From: the human T2T-CHM13v2.0 reference genome, Homo sapiens
Reading direction: 5' to 3'
Length of the DNA: 64,000 nt
Assembly (NCBI GenBank): GCA_009914755.4
Contig: CP086569.2
Location: forward strand, 2,528,001-2,592,000
Shown here piece by piece: positions 15,015 to 29,045 of the stretch. Every line of letters begins with the position of its first letter. The first letter of the stretch is position 1. Both the position numbers and the translations under genes were made by a program. The notes beneath the pieces were generated by a model. The model ran no database searches. It saw nothing but the letters and a program-made list of their open reading frames with translations, and was not told the origin of the DNA.

Positions 15015-15543
15015 ACTGAAAAGCTTTTCATCAAGCTATTCAGCCCCGGGAGCAGCATCTTTCACTTGTACCCTGGCAGTCCTTAGGATATTTGAGAGAA
15101 GTGGTACAGAGGCGAAGCCTGCTGTTGTTTTTTTGGCTGTGCCACTCAGAAGCTCTATAGTTGGGCCATTCTTCTTCTCAGTATTGAATTATGAAACCTC
15201 AGTTTATACCTTTGAAAGCAGGGGATCAGGGAAGTGAGTAAATGCATGTAAAAGTTCTGTAAAGCTGATGATAGGGTGCTGACAGTACACAACTTCAAAA
15301 CTATGAGAACCTGAAGTTAGTGGCCTTGCCTTTAAAGATGCTTATGAAAAACTTGTTGGCTGATTGCTTCACATAAAATAGAAGCAGGAAGACCTTTATT
15401 TAGCAGCTCAGCAGTGAGGAGTGGGAGGGACTGTGAGAGGCAGATAACCTCTCAGGAGACATGTATAAGGAAGTGTTTATTTTGTTTTAGATTTTGTTGG
15501 GTGGTGGTCTGTTAGCTGGCTATTAATGTGAAGGAAGGTATGA

Positions 15544-15726
<183 letters not shown>

Positions 15727-15790
15727 ATTGCAGTAGCAGCATATCTTTTTTTCTTTGCACAAATAAACAGTGAATTCTCGTTTCTTAATG
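15727..15790 (+). other. RPS4Y1: RPS4Y1 3' UTR with polyadenylation signal AATAAA at 15763-15768
   Basis: The canonical AATAAA lies 37 nt after the stop codon. The mature RPS4 mRNA has a short 3' UTR, consistent with this. Confidence 0.7.
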
Positions 15791-16374
15791 TGTTTTTTCC
15801 CCCTTGTGGATAATAGTAGGGTTTGAATTTGCTCATGATTTTGGCACTGTCTTAAGATCTCTAGGAATACCACCTATACTTCCTCTGACCCTCCAGTAAA
15901 TAAACCTTTGCTTCCCTCATACATGTTACCCACACCATCTCTGTGGGCAGAGTGATGGAGTAGCATTCCAAAACGAAGTACAAAAAACGTATGACATTTC
16001 AGAAAGGACGGCATTCTTTTGTGGAAGCTATGGGAGATGGTCTTAGTTTTCTTGCTTGTTCACATTATTGGTAGAAATTAAATCCTGTGGCTGTAGGAAA
16101 GAGGTCCCTTTTTCCTTGCTGACTGACAATCTGAGCGCTTTTCTCAGCTTCTGGAGGCTATGTGCATTCTTTGCCTAAATGTCCCATTTCTCCATCTTGT
16201 TCAAAGCCAGCAGTGGCAGGTCAGGTCCTTCACATACAGAGTCTTTGGTCTTTCTTTGACCCATTCAGCAATGGTTCTCCACTTAAGGGGGGCCCATTAG
16301 AGTAACCTCTTATTCTCATGGATTGTCACTTTAATGTCGTATTTATAGGATCTTTGGATATTGGTTTTCTTACA

Positions 16375-17345
16375 GAAACTTCTATGGCTGGTGGCGCCTT
16401 TGCCTGAGTTTTGCTTGGCCTGCTGGGCTCGTTCTGCCCACTTGGCATCGCAGGCTGTGCTTGGCGTATAATACTGGCCTGGATCCCATGCCTGCCAAGG
16501 GCAAACCAGGCGTGGAGCAGTGAGGAGGGGTATGTGAACAAGCATGAGGTCTGGCCACTGCAGTCACACATGTTGGCTGCTGCCGCTGGGCAGGCAGCTC
16601 CAGGTGCCAGGATGGGTGCTGGCTCTCTGTAAAGCTGCAGCTGGACCAGGTGTACCACAACAGCTTCCACAGCTGGCTCTGGGGAACACGTTAGCACTCA
16701 GAAGCTTGGAGATGCCAGGAACTGCACGGCCTCAAATGGGGAGCCCACATCCCTGGCTCAGGGAGCTCCCAGGTCTTGGCTCCCCAGAGTACTGCAGGGC
16801 TTCTTTCCTCATTGCCTGCAATGTGGCAACCAAGGGGAATGTATCAGCTCTTTTGTGTTACAGGTATATTAGGATTGACATTTGGTGGGTCCTGAGTTCT
16901 TGTCCTGCGTCCAGGAAGAATGAGGTACGTGGACAAGTGGAGGGTGAGCAAGACAGGAGCTTTATTGAGCAACAGGACAGCTCAGAGGAGACCCATGGGG
17001 CAGCTCCACTCCTCAGCCAGGATTGGAGCAGGCTCTGGGAGCCAGGAGAGGGCAGTGGGAGCAGACAGCCTGATCCTGGGGGACGAGGGGTGCCTTCCCA
17101 GGTCCCCAAGGTTGCAGAGTGCAGAGATGGTATTGGGAGCAGGGGTGACATCTGGCAAGTTGTTCTGTGGCCCCAGTGCCCGCCTCTGACAGGTTCCCGA
17201 CCCTGGAGGGGAGTAGGGGTGTAGGGGGGCCAGGGTGCCTCCAGGAGTGGATCGCCGTTGCTTGGTGATCCCCCCATGGGCCCTGGAGACACAGCCTTAG
17301 GAGGCCCTGGCAGAGCCAGATGTATGTGTGCATGCACCTGTGATA
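16375..17345. other. GC-rich, CpG-depleted ~1 kb block of unknown origin (possibly an old LTR/other repeat)
   Basis: Abrupt GC rise relative to the flanks. Overlapping ORFs of 226 aa (+), 159 aa (-), 123 aa (-) and 106 aa (-) have Pro/Gly/Ala/Arg-rich translations and no similarity I recognise. There are very few CpG dinucleotides, so it is not a CpG island. It ends at the Alu starting 17351. Confidence 0.3.
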
Positions 17346-17350
17346 ATCAG

Positions 17351-17641
17351 GTTTTTGTTTTTTTTTAAATTGAGGCAGAGTCTCACTCGTGTCCAGGTTA
17401 AGGTTTACTAGTGCAATCTTGGCTTACTGCAGCCTCCCCCTCTTGGGTTCAAGGAATTCTTGTGCCTCTCAACCTCCCAGGTAGCTGGGACTAGAGGCAC
17501 ATACCACCATGCCTGACCTGATTTTTGTATTTTTAGTATACAAAATTGGCCTGTCTGGTCTCAAACTCCTGATCTCAAGTGATCTACCCATTTTGGCCTG
17601 ACAAAGTACTGGGATTACAGGCGTCAGGCATTGTGCCTGGC
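17351..17641 (-). mobile_element. Alu SINE (old, AluJ-like)
   Basis: Diverged reverse-complement Alu (ggcagagtctcactcgtgtccaggttaaggtttactagtgcaatcttggcttactgcagcctcc ... gggattacaggcgtcaggcattgtgcctggc). Confidence 0.85.
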
Positions 17642-19048
17642 TGATAATCAAAATTTTGACTCAAGTGCAGCGAAGATACTACACTGGAAAGAAGGTGGGA
17701 TAAGAATTCTCTTGAGTACTGTGTTTATTGTAGTCTCATAGGCACCTCTATTTCAGTGTCCCTTCATCTCCTTATGACTGACAAATCTAAAACTGAATAT
17801 GTTGCTCAAAAATGTCTTCTCTTACCAGCCCTTCCTCCCTGATGTAAGGACAGGATGTAAGGACATCCCTTTCCTCATCACACTTGAGAACCTAGGGTTA
17901 TTGTTACCTTATTCCTCACCTTCATGTCATCATCTCCCTCAAATCCTTTCTGTAAGTGGGTGAATTTTAAATTATATGTAAGTAAACTAATCAGCCACCA
18001 AACATTACCAGCTGGGTAAATTTCTTCCTATCCATTGCCACTGTCACTCCTCTGTTGGAGGATTTTATCCCAGAAATATTTATCTGACTTAACCTTCTCC
18101 ATCCACTGCCTATTATTTGAGTTTGGTCTTCCTGTATTTTAACTAGCTGGTGAGCTCAAAGAGCTACACTGTGAATCCATGACTTTGTTTCCTAGTCTCT
18201 TTCAGGTTTGCCCTGGGGCTCAAAGACAGCAAGTCTTGCCCTCACAAAATACCGCTCCTTCATTGTTTGATATCTTAAACTCTTAAGTATATGTCTGCAC
18301 ATTGGTCCTAATCTTTGCCCTACGCAGGCCCAGGACCTGACAGCCTTTTTCTGTCAGAGATGGAGCCCTCAGGCCTTTGTGCTCAGGCTTTGAAGGTCTA
18401 ATTTTCCTCCCAGCTCTCTTTCCTACCGGGAGGGGTGGCAGCGTAGGACTAAGAACTCACCTTCTATCGGCAACTGAGACAAACTGATATAAAAACACAC
18501 TCATCCAAATGCAAATAACTCGGGGCCCATGACTCTTAATGCAACAAGTCCAAATACTTAATCCCAGCCCTAAGAGACAGATGGAAGAAGGGAGGAAAAG
18601 CGGAATAAGAAAGGAATGAGCACCATCAGTGTCAACAACACTTGACCATAGAAAAAAATCTATTCCTGAATTAAACATTACTTTCTCATCTCTATTCTTG
18701 AGACATATTTTTTGAGTACCTACTGTTTGACATGCACTGAACAGAACAGATAGAAAACACTAAAGCTTGAGCTCAGGTGTGGGAAATTCATGATTTAAAA
18801 AGCAGAACTAAGCAAGGTTGTGCCAGTGACAAGTCTGAATAAATAAAATGGAACTGGGATAGAGACCTCTTTAGGCAGTCCACAAGGCCTCCCTGAGCAT
18901 TGACATTTGTGAGTCAGTAGAATAAAGAGTCAACCAAGAATGCAAGTTAATGGCATGTTGATAGATTTCCTCCATAAAAAAGGGATAGATGCATGCTTCC
19001 CATTTGTATTAGTTTGCTGAGCCACAAAATGGGTAAGACAAATGAAGC

Positions 19049-19429
<381 letters not shown>

Positions 19430-19542
19430 TTAGGCCTCTCACAGTTCTGGTAGTTCCTTGGCTTGTGGCAGCGTAACTAGCCTTCACATGGCATTCTCCC
19501 TGTGTGCTGGAGATACACTTAAGTGAAACCTGCAATTTACTT

Positions 19543-19852
19543 TTCTTTTTTTTCTTTTTTTTTTTTTTTTTGAGATGGAGTCTCACTCTGTTCCCCAGGC
19601 TGGAGTGTAGTGGTGCTATCTTGGCTCACTGCAAGCTCCGCCTCTCGGGTTCACGACATTTTCCTGCCTCAGCGTCCTGAATAGTTGGGACTATAGGCAC
19701 CCACCACCATGCCCACTAATTTTTTGTATTTTTAGTAGAGATGGGGTTTCACCGTGTCAGCCAGGATTGTTTCAATCTCCTGACCTCATGATCTACCCAC
19801 CCTGGCCTCCCAAAGTGCTAGGATTACAGGCGAGAGCCACCACGCCTGGTGC
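19543..19852 (-). mobile_element. Alu SINE, with an extra 29-bp copy of its terminal segment at 19868-19896
   Basis: Poly-T then the reverse-complement Alu. After a 15-bp spacer the last 29 nt (ttacaggtgtgagccaccacgcctggcac) recur. Confidence 0.85.
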
Positions 19853-20821
19853 TATTTACTTCTGGTGTTACAGGTGTGAGCCACCACGCCTGGCACTATT
19901 GACTTTTAGGGGAGCTTGTATGATCTTGAAAATTACAAATGACTTCAGTTTGGTGCTACTGCCTTGATCCATTCGTGGTAGGAAGCCAGGAGTCTCAACC
20001 ACCAGTGCCTTTGCACCTTCAGTGCAAACATCAGTGTGGTGAAAAGGGCAGGTAATGTTTGCATGTGAAAATAATTGTGACTTTTTATGTATTCCTGGAA
20101 AGGGTCCCAAGACCTTGATTTTAGGGATGGCTGTGTTGAAACAGGCATTGGAAACTTCTAGAAATTGACCATCTTCAATAGTTCCTTTTCTAGTAAGAAA
20201 GTCAACCAAATACCTACCAGTGCACAATGTCACTTGTGAAGAATTAGTGTGTACGTATCCATACAGTTACATATATGGATATGTTCTGAATACAGTCAGG
20301 CAGATCTAACAGTACATGCAAGAAAATCAGGAGAGGTAGTTTAAAGGATATATGGCATAAACAAACCACACAAGCAATAAAAAGGAAAGCACTTCTAAAA
20401 CATTGAGCAACATGAAAGAGTATCACTGAAGTGGTTTAGAGGAAAGAAAGCTAAACTCAAAAGAGGTTACAATTTATATGTTGCCCAAGAACATAGCACT
20501 TACCTGTGGTACTCAGGTGTGAGCCAGTGTACCCGGCCTTCCTTGTTTTTTGATGTGTGTGTTCATTGCTATGGAATTCTCTCTTAGGAATGTGTTTGCT
20601 GTAACTCTTGTTTTCTCAGAGATTATGTAGAATTATGTTCTTAAAGATATATGGTAGATTATCTTCTATTTTTCATAGGATTAGGTAGAATTGATGTTAT
20701 TTCTTTAGATGGTATCTTTTGAGTTTTTTTTTTAGGAGTCAACATTTTAAATTATACATTTAATTCTGTGAATAGTTATGGGACAATTTAAAGTATCTCT
20801 ATCGATGGGTGGAAGTGCTGT

Positions 20822-20990
20822 GTCTGTTGGTTTTTGTTTTGTTTTGAGACAAAGTCTCAGTCTGTCATTCAGTCTGGAGTGTGGTGACATAATCATGGCT
20901 CTCAATAGACTCAAACTCCTGAGCTCAGGTGAGCTTCCTGCCTCAGTATCCCAAGTAGCTGGGACCACAGCCACACACCACCATGCCAGG
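20822..20990 (-). mobile_element. Partial Alu (monomer-length, old)
   Basis: Diverged reverse-complement Alu right arm of ~170 bp. Confidence 0.6.
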
Positions 20991-21510
20991 GTGCTGAGAC
21001 CAGTTCAGTCGGGGAGACCCTAACCCAGCGGGCGCTGGAGGAATTAAAGACACACACACACAGATATAGAGGTGTGAAATGGGAAATCAGGGGTCTCAGC
21101 CTTCAGAGCTGAGTGCCCCGAACAGAGATTTACTCACATATTTATTAACAGCAAACCAGGCATTAGCATTGTTTCTATAGATATTAAATTAACTAAAAGT
21201 ATCCCTTAAGGGAAACAAAGGGATGGGCCAAATTAAAGGAATAGGTTTGGTTAGTTAACTGCAGCAGGAACACGCCCTTAAGACACAGATCGCTCATGCT
21301 ATTGTTTGTGGCTTAAAAACGTCGTTCAGCGGTTTTCCGCCCTGGGTGGGCCAGGTGTTCCTTGCCCTCATTCCCGTAAACCCACAACCTTCCAGCTTGG
21401 GCGTTAGGGCCATTATGAACATGTTACACTGCTGCAGAAATTTTGTTTATGGCCAGTCTTGGGGCCAGTTTATGGCCAGATTTTGGGGGGCTTGCTCCCA
21501 ACACCATGGT
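20991..21510 (-). mobile_element. ERV-type LTR (solo), family not assigned
   Basis: The reverse complement starts TG and has an internal AATAAA (ctgttaataaatatgtgagtaaatctctgttcgggg) followed by an R/U5-like segment, giving a typical LTR layout. It is flanked by unrelated Alu fragments. Confidence 0.45.
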
Positions 21511-21512
21511 AA

Positions 21513-21647
21513 TTTTTTTTTTAAACTTATTTGTAGAGATGGTGTCTCACCATTTTGCCCAGGCTGGTTTTTAACTGGGCTCAAGCAGTCCTCCTGCCTC
21601 AGCCTCCCAAAGTGTTGAGGTTACAAGGGTGAGCCACCATGCCCAGC
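21513..21647 (-). mobile_element. Partial Alu
   Basis: Poly-T plus ~125 bp of reverse-complement Alu. Confidence 0.7.
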
Positions 21648-21892
21648 ATCTGTGTGCTTTCTGAGAAATGTGTCCATTTTGTCAAAGATTCAAATTTATG
21701 TGTGTATAATTATTTATAGTATTCCCATATTGAGTGTGTATGTATGTGTGTGTAAGGTGTATAGGGTCTGTAAAGCAGAATACCCTGTTTTATCCTGATC
21801 ATGATATTTATTTCTTCATCTTTGTCAGTCTTACTAGAAAGAGGTTGGTCAATTTTATCAATCTTTACACAACCATTCTGTGTTTCAATGAC

Positions 21893-22199
<307 letters not shown>

Positions 22200-22200
<1 letters not shown>

Positions 22201-23200
22201 TCATTGATTTTTATCTATTGTTTCTCTTTTCTATTTGATAGATTTGTATACTTTATTTTTTTTCCTTTTGCTTGCTTTGGATTATTTTTGCCCTTCTCTA
22301 TACAAGTTATTAAAATGGAAGTGTACATTATTGAAATGTATTCTCTTTTCCCATGTTTTAATTTAATGCCATAATTTTACCTGTCAGCACGCCTTCTCCT
22401 TTTACCTTCATCTGATCTGAAATGTGTTTTCAAATTTATCCAGCTCAATGTATTATTTTATTGTTTCTTGACACTTTTCCTTTAACCCTCTGATTATTGA
22501 AGGATTCTTGCTTGACCCAAGGGATAATCGTCCCAGTGTATGGAGATTTTCCTGTTATAATTTTCTTACTGATTTCTACTTTAGTTTTGTTGTAGTTTGG
22601 GAACACACTGGATTATTGTAATTCTTTTTTATTTGTTGAGTTTTGTTTGATGGCAGAGGAACCTTGAAAATAATGTGTATTTTGCATTTAGCAGAGTGTT
22701 CCATAAATGTTCATTAGATGGTTTTGGGTGATGGTGTTACTGAGAGGTCTCTTTTTTGTTGATTTTCTTTCTAGTTGTCTGGTGAATTTTTTTGATAAAG
22801 GATGTTGGCCTTTCGAACTATAATAGATTTGTCTTTTTCTTTTATATTTTTTAGGTTTTGCTTGACATATTTTCAGTTCTGTTTCTTGCTGCATGGACAG
22901 TTCAGATTGCTGTTTCTTCTAGGTTGTTTTATTTAGCATTATACAATATCCTTTACATCGCTGATAATTTTATCTTCTCTAGTCTACTTTATCTGGTAAT
23001 ATATCTATCCACTCCTGTTCTGCTTTTCACTTTTGAACTTTTCAGCCTGTCTGTACTTTTATATGAAAGTGAGTTTCTTGTAGATAGTAAATATGTGGAG
23101 CATGTTGTTAAATCTACACTGCTAATCTCCATATTTTAGTTGGTGCATTTAAACGATTTAGTGTTTACATTTAGTGTTAATTTTTGATATGTTCATAGTT
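22200..23200 (-). mobile_element. LINE-1 fragment (antisense ORF2 region, old family)
   Basis: Colinear similarity to antisense L1 ORF2 (ttcttgctgcatggacagttcagattgctgtttcttctaggttgttttatttagc ... ttgtagatagtaaatatgtggagcatgttgttaaatc). Confidence 0.65.
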
Positions 23201-23869
23201 TTCTTGGAACCAAGCCAGGTCTGGCTGCATTTTCTCATGGCCTAATAACTAGAAGCAGACAAACTACATAAGAAGGGAATTTATTGCTGTAACTAGATAC
23301 AGGGAGAAGATGAGATAATTCCAGGAGACCAACTCAAAGTGTTACAATTTTTTGGTGGTTATATAGGTTGGGCTTATGTGCCTACATGCAGTATAGCTTT
23401 TGCCTAAGTCTATTGGCAGCTAAATTTTGTTTCAATTAGGTCAGAGGCCAAAAAAAAAAAAGGCTTGCTAAGTCTGATTCAAAGGGCCCCAGTGCCTTCA
23501 AGGGCTGTCTACTGTGGTACAGCAGTGATTATTTGTATCTTATGTCCTTTTAGAGCTTGATCTGGAGAGGTGCCTTAGACTCTCCAGTGAATCCATTCAA
23601 ACAGCTGCCTCTGTTACCTTGACTCATCTCAGGTTTTGTTGACCAGAAACGGATACTGGCACTAGGAATGTAAGGCTGTCTCTATTATCTTGGCTGGCTC
23701 CAGGTTAGGGAGAAGCCCATGCCAGGCTCCTAATGACCATATGCTTCATTTCTAGCTTTGATGTCTGGGCACTGATTTCTGTAGGTTTAACTCTGCTCAA
23801 CGTTAAGGCAGTGCTATGGAAATTTGTCTGTAACTAGGGTGTTGCACAGGCCTGTGTGTATGACTGTCA

Positions 23870-24480
23870 GCGAGAACTGTCATGCCACAATAGCTGTTCA
23901 TTTTCTGTCTGCTGGTTTTGTTTTTTCTCCCGAGTTTTATTTTTTGTCCTTTGTGTGGGTTATTTGAAGAGATTTGAGACATTCATTTTGATGTATTTGT
24001 TATCTTTTTTAGTATACCTGAAGAGATATAAAGATATGCCTTTTTTGGTTGTCTTTCTAGGTATTACATTGTGTAAACATAATTTGTCACAGTCTACTGA
24101 CATCAATTTACCTTACCTCCTATTAGTCCCTTTATCATTTCCCGTTTTATACTTGCCTTATATATTTTCTCTACATACATTTATGATGATCTCAGACTGT
24201 GTTACATAATTTTTGTTATAGTAGAGTTTTTAGTTTTAAAATTTCCTTTTCTTTGCTGAAACCTGTAATTTTTACACTTTATACTTGTTCATTAGTTTTA
24301 AGCATGTTCATAATTCTTCATTTAATTATTTTTATGATGGCAGTTTAGGAATCTTTCTCAGATATTCCTGATAACACTGACATTTCTGTATTGACATTTA
24401 TCATGTTGTTTCTTTGAGGTGGAGGCTTTCCTATTGCTTGATTTTTATGAGTGATTTTTATTTGAAACTTGAACATTTAG
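23870..24480 (-). mobile_element. Possible LINE-1 fragment (antisense)
   Basis: AT-rich sequence with L1-antisense-like motifs (tttaggaatctttctcagatattcctgataacactg ...), weaker than the others. Confidence 0.4.
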
Positions 24481-25299
24481 GGGACTGTTAGGAGACTCTG
24501 GACCTTATTATGATGTTCATTTTTAGCTGATTTTATCTAATACCACCCTAATAGAGGAAAGGGTGTGCTTGTCTAGTAGATGCACAATTCCAAATTCCCT
24601 TCCTCATTTCCTTTGACACCCAAGGTAAGGCTCCTCATTACTGATAAACGAATATGCAGTTTCCAGTGTCACACAAGGCCTTACTTGCACCTCCTAGGGA
24701 AGGATGTCTTATTACCACGAAAACTCTAGTTCTCTATGCTGTCTTCTCTGATTCCACTCCAGCAGAGGGTTGGGGTGCTTCATTACTGCCTATAGAATGG
24801 ATGTTTGCACTTGGACTTTGTTGGCTTGGGTAGGTTTTTTGTTTTGCCTTGTTTTGTGTGTGTTGTTTGGCTAAAGTAGGGTGGCTATTGTATAAAAGCT
24901 TTTTGTCTTAGTAAGATGTCTTTTTCCTAGCCCTGTGGCTAGAGAAGGCGGGCTTGTGAGAACATTTTTGTCTGTGCCTCTTTACATTTTTGGGTACCAG
25001 CTCCTTCAGGACCAACTATGTGATAACATGAAGCCAAAACAAAATCCAGGGAACTCATCCTTTTTATCATTTGCTGGGTCTTAAGTTCCCTCAGCAGTTT
25101 ACCTCTTTGCTCCAATTTTCAAAGTCTTATGCTTGTTTTAGTTATAACACCCAGGGATATTAATTGTATTCATGGTATGATGGAAAAGTACATTTGCTCC
25201 ATCTATTTTATTACTTAAGTGATGACTGAAGATGCAGAACATTTGTACTGTTCCTTTTGGGCAGAAAATTCAAAGTAATTTTTGCTGTTAAAACACTTC

Positions 25300-26291
25300 T
25301 GTGGATGGCAAGCCACCCAGGTGCCGAGGCAAGAGACCAAGGGCACAAGCTGTTCCAGTACAATAAAATATATAAAATAAGAATAGTTATACTAGATATA
25401 GATCTTAGATATGATTATATATGAATATCATTAATCATTAGTTTGTAGCAATTATTCTTTATTCCAATATTATAATAATCCTCGCTCTGTAATCATAACC
25501 TAGGTAAAACCAGGACATACAGAAATAGGAGCTGAGGAGATGTAGTGAGAAGTGACCAGAAGACAAGAGTGCAAACCTTCTGTTATGCCCGGACAGGGTC
25601 ACCAGAGGTCTCCTGGGTCTAGTGGTAATGCCAGCATCTGGGAAGATGCCCATTGCCAAGCAGACCTTGGTCTAGCAGTAGCGTCAGTGTCAAGGAAAAA
25701 CACCTGCTACTCAGCAGACTGGGAAAGGGAGTCTCCCTTTCCCTGGGGGATTTAGAGAAGACTGTGCTCTTCCACCTCTTGTGGAGGGCCTGACATCAGC
25801 CAGGTTCGCCCGCAGTTATCCGGAGGCCTAACCCTCTGCCTGTGATGCTGTGCTTCAGTGGTCATGCTCCTAGTCCGCCTTCATGTTCCATCCTGTACAC
25901 TTGGCTCTGCCTTTTAGATAGCAGTAGCAAATTAGTGAAAGTACTAAAAGTCTCTGATAAGCAGAAATAATGGCGTAAGCTGTCTCTCTCTCCTCTCTAT
26001 CTCTGCCTTGGCTGCCAGAAAGGAAAGGGCCCCTGTCCAGTGGACATGTGACCCACGTGACCTTACCTATCATTGGAGATGGCTCATACTCCTTACCCTG
26101 CTCCTTTGTCTTGTATCCAATAAATATCAGTGTAGCCTGGCATTCGGGGCCACTACCAGTCTCCGCATCTTGGTGGTAGTGGTCCCCTGCTGTCATTTAT
26201 CTCTTTGTCTTGTGTCTTTATTTCTACACTGTCTTGTCTCTGCACATGAGGAGAAAACCCACCAACCCTGTGGGGCTGGTCCCTACAACTT
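25300..26291 (+). mobile_element. HERV-K-superfamily (HML-type) LTR, ~990 bp, apparently solo
   Basis: It starts TGTGGatggcaagcc...ggcaagagacc (cf. HML LTR start TGTGGGGAAAAGCAAGAGAG). The poly(A) signal ccAATAAAtatcag sits ~170 bp from the 3' end. The 3' end (gaggagaaaacccaccaaccctgtggggctggtccctaca) parallels the HERV-K LTR end (gagaaacacccacaggtgtggaggggcaacccacccc). No primer-binding site follows. Confidence 0.6.
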
Positions 26292-26347
26292 TCAACGAAT
26301 TTAACCTAAATAGGGACAGACTACTTTACAAGGTACAGTGTCAGTTG

Positions 26348-26680
26348 GGCACAGTGGGTCACGGCTGTAATCCCAGCACTTTGGGAGGCCAAGGAGGTGG
26401 ATCACTCAAGGTCAGAAGTTTGAGACCAGCCTGGTTAACGTGGTGAAACCCCATCTCTACTAAAAATACACACACACAATTACCTGGCCATGGTGGTGCA
26501 GGGCTGTAATCCCCATGGTGGTGCAGGCCTGTAATCCTGGCTACTCAGGAAGCTGAGGCATGAGAATCACTTGAACCTGGGAGGTGGAGGTTGCAGTGAG
26601 CTAAGATCATACCACTGAACTCCAGCCTGGATGATAGGGCAAGACTCCATCTCAAAAAAGAAAAAGAAAAAAAAAAAAAA
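26348..26680 (+). mobile_element. Alu SINE with internal ~26-bp tandem duplication
   Basis: Forward Alu. ggccatggtggtgcagggctgtaatcccc is immediately repeated as atggtggtgcaggcctgtaatcc. Confidence 0.85.
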
Positions 26681-27077
<397 letters not shown>

Positions 27078-27421
27078 TCATGTTGACCACTATTTTTTGC
27101 ATTTGTTTACTCTTTCCTCCTTCCCCCTCGTCTCCCCCTCCCTGCATTTGTTATGTTGTTGCCGTTGCTGTTTGTGTGACACTTGCCTTAACCTTACAAT
27201 ATTGTATTCCACATTTAACCCATCCTTTTCCATCCTCTCATTACTTTCTCCTGCTTCTTCTAAAATTTGATTTTCTTTTTTCTTTGTTCCCCTGGTATTT
27301 ACCCAAGTTAGTCTGTTCACTTTTCATCCTTTTAGGCATCAGACTTTTTTTTGTAAAAAAAAAAAATCATCTTCAACATTTAATCATGTTTACTACAGTA
27401 CCCTATGCAGTTTGAAAACTA

Positions 27422-27730
<309 letters not shown>

Positions 27731-28544
27731 GAAACTAAAAAGTGGTATTATATTTTAATGGCATGTGGACATAGGTGAAATGACCATTGTTTTGTGTCAT
27801 GGTATGCCAGCATAAGGAATCAGGATTCCCTGTATAGATCATGGATTATTCATTCCAAACTTTTCCTACTTAGGTGCAATTTGAAAATATATGCATATGG
27901 TCAAATGGCAGCAGTAGGTTTCCAGCCTGAGAAATCTGGCTGTACAAATCCATACACCATCCCAACTTCAGCTTTTCCAGAAAGCTGAGTGATGAATCTT
28001 GTCAGGCTTTAGCTTGTGACACCAGCAGTTTTACAGTATACAAAATCCACTCTGCTGCTTCTGAAAAGTTGCATAGCTGGAATCCCCAGTGTAATCCATT
28101 TCAGCACAACAACTGGGAATCTTTGCTGCAAATAAAGGAAGGCATGGTAAGTATGCAGCTAGTTCTTTCAGGCAAGGACCTGCCAGTCAAAGCAGAAGAT
28201 AGAAAAGAAATTTTAGAAGAGGCAGGGGAAAATCAACACATTTCAATGAGATAAAAGGAAAGAAGCCTTTATGGTGGTATTGCCGAAAGTGTGCACATTT
28301 GCATAGTGGTCAGATAACTGGAAGCTAAAAAGAAAGCTTGATAGCTGAATTGATAACCAGCGACACTAGTTTCATTAAGTCAAAATTGTTCCAACTCTAG
28401 CCAACACTGCTTTGGCCTACCCCTTGAAGAAAGGTTGTGGTGAAGAGCAAAGAGAAAAAGTAATGGCTGAACACCATGAATGTTTGTTTTTGACAATGAA
28501 AGTAGATTTTAATGGGATTAAGCATATAGTCAATATTTACTGAT

Positions 28545-28640
28545 ACACACACACACACATATATATATATAAATAAATATATATATATATATATACATAT
28601 ATATAAATAAATATATATATATAAACATACATATATATAT
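28545..28640. repeat. (CA)n/(TA)n compound microsatellite
   Basis: cacacacacacatatatatatataaataaatatatatatatatata... Confidence 0.95.
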
Positions 28641-29045
28641 CAGTCACTGTGTTAGGTCACTGCTGGGTGTCCCAGACAGATAGACAAGAAAATTAATGTG
28701 ATAGATAAGAAACATCTCTTGGAAGGAGTGATGTCTGTGCTGGAGGAGTCTTAAGTAGGCAAAGAGGGAGAGGGGGTCTTTTATCTCCAGGAAAGAAATG
28801 GGGCAAAAGGTACAAGATGGGAAAGGGCATGGCCGAAAGTGGTTTGTTTGAATCTTGCTCCAGATAAACAGTAGTGAAACAGACATGAAGCTGAAAGGTA
28901 GACAAATGTCAGATCTTGAAGTGATTTATTCAGCCATCCTGAGGACCTGGGCTCAAAATCTAGAAGGTATTAAATGCCAACTTAAGAAATTAAATCTGAG
29001 TTTGGATGGAGCATGAAGCCAATGTGATAAAAGTGTGCATTAGAG

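Noticed and set aside
16544-17224. 226-aa plus-strand ORF (longest in the track) and overlapping 159/123/106-aa minus-strand ORFs
   Set aside because: They arise from a GC-rich, stop-poor block. The ORFs overlap on both strands, the composition is Pro/Gly/Arg-biased, and there is no recognisable domain or splice context. I treat them as non-coding until shown otherwise (kept as a finding for follow-up).
16375-17345. CpG-island promoter downstream of RPS4Y
   Set aside because: Although GC-rich, the block has very few CpG dinucleotides, so the observed/expected CpG ratio would be far below island thresholds.
28545-28640. Short regularly repeated units that might suggest a CRISPR-like array
   Set aside because: It is a simple (CA)n/(TA)n compound microsatellite. 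Other regular repeats in the window are Alu copies (~300 bp, with poly-A and TSDs), not repeat-spacer arrays. The genome is eukaryotic.
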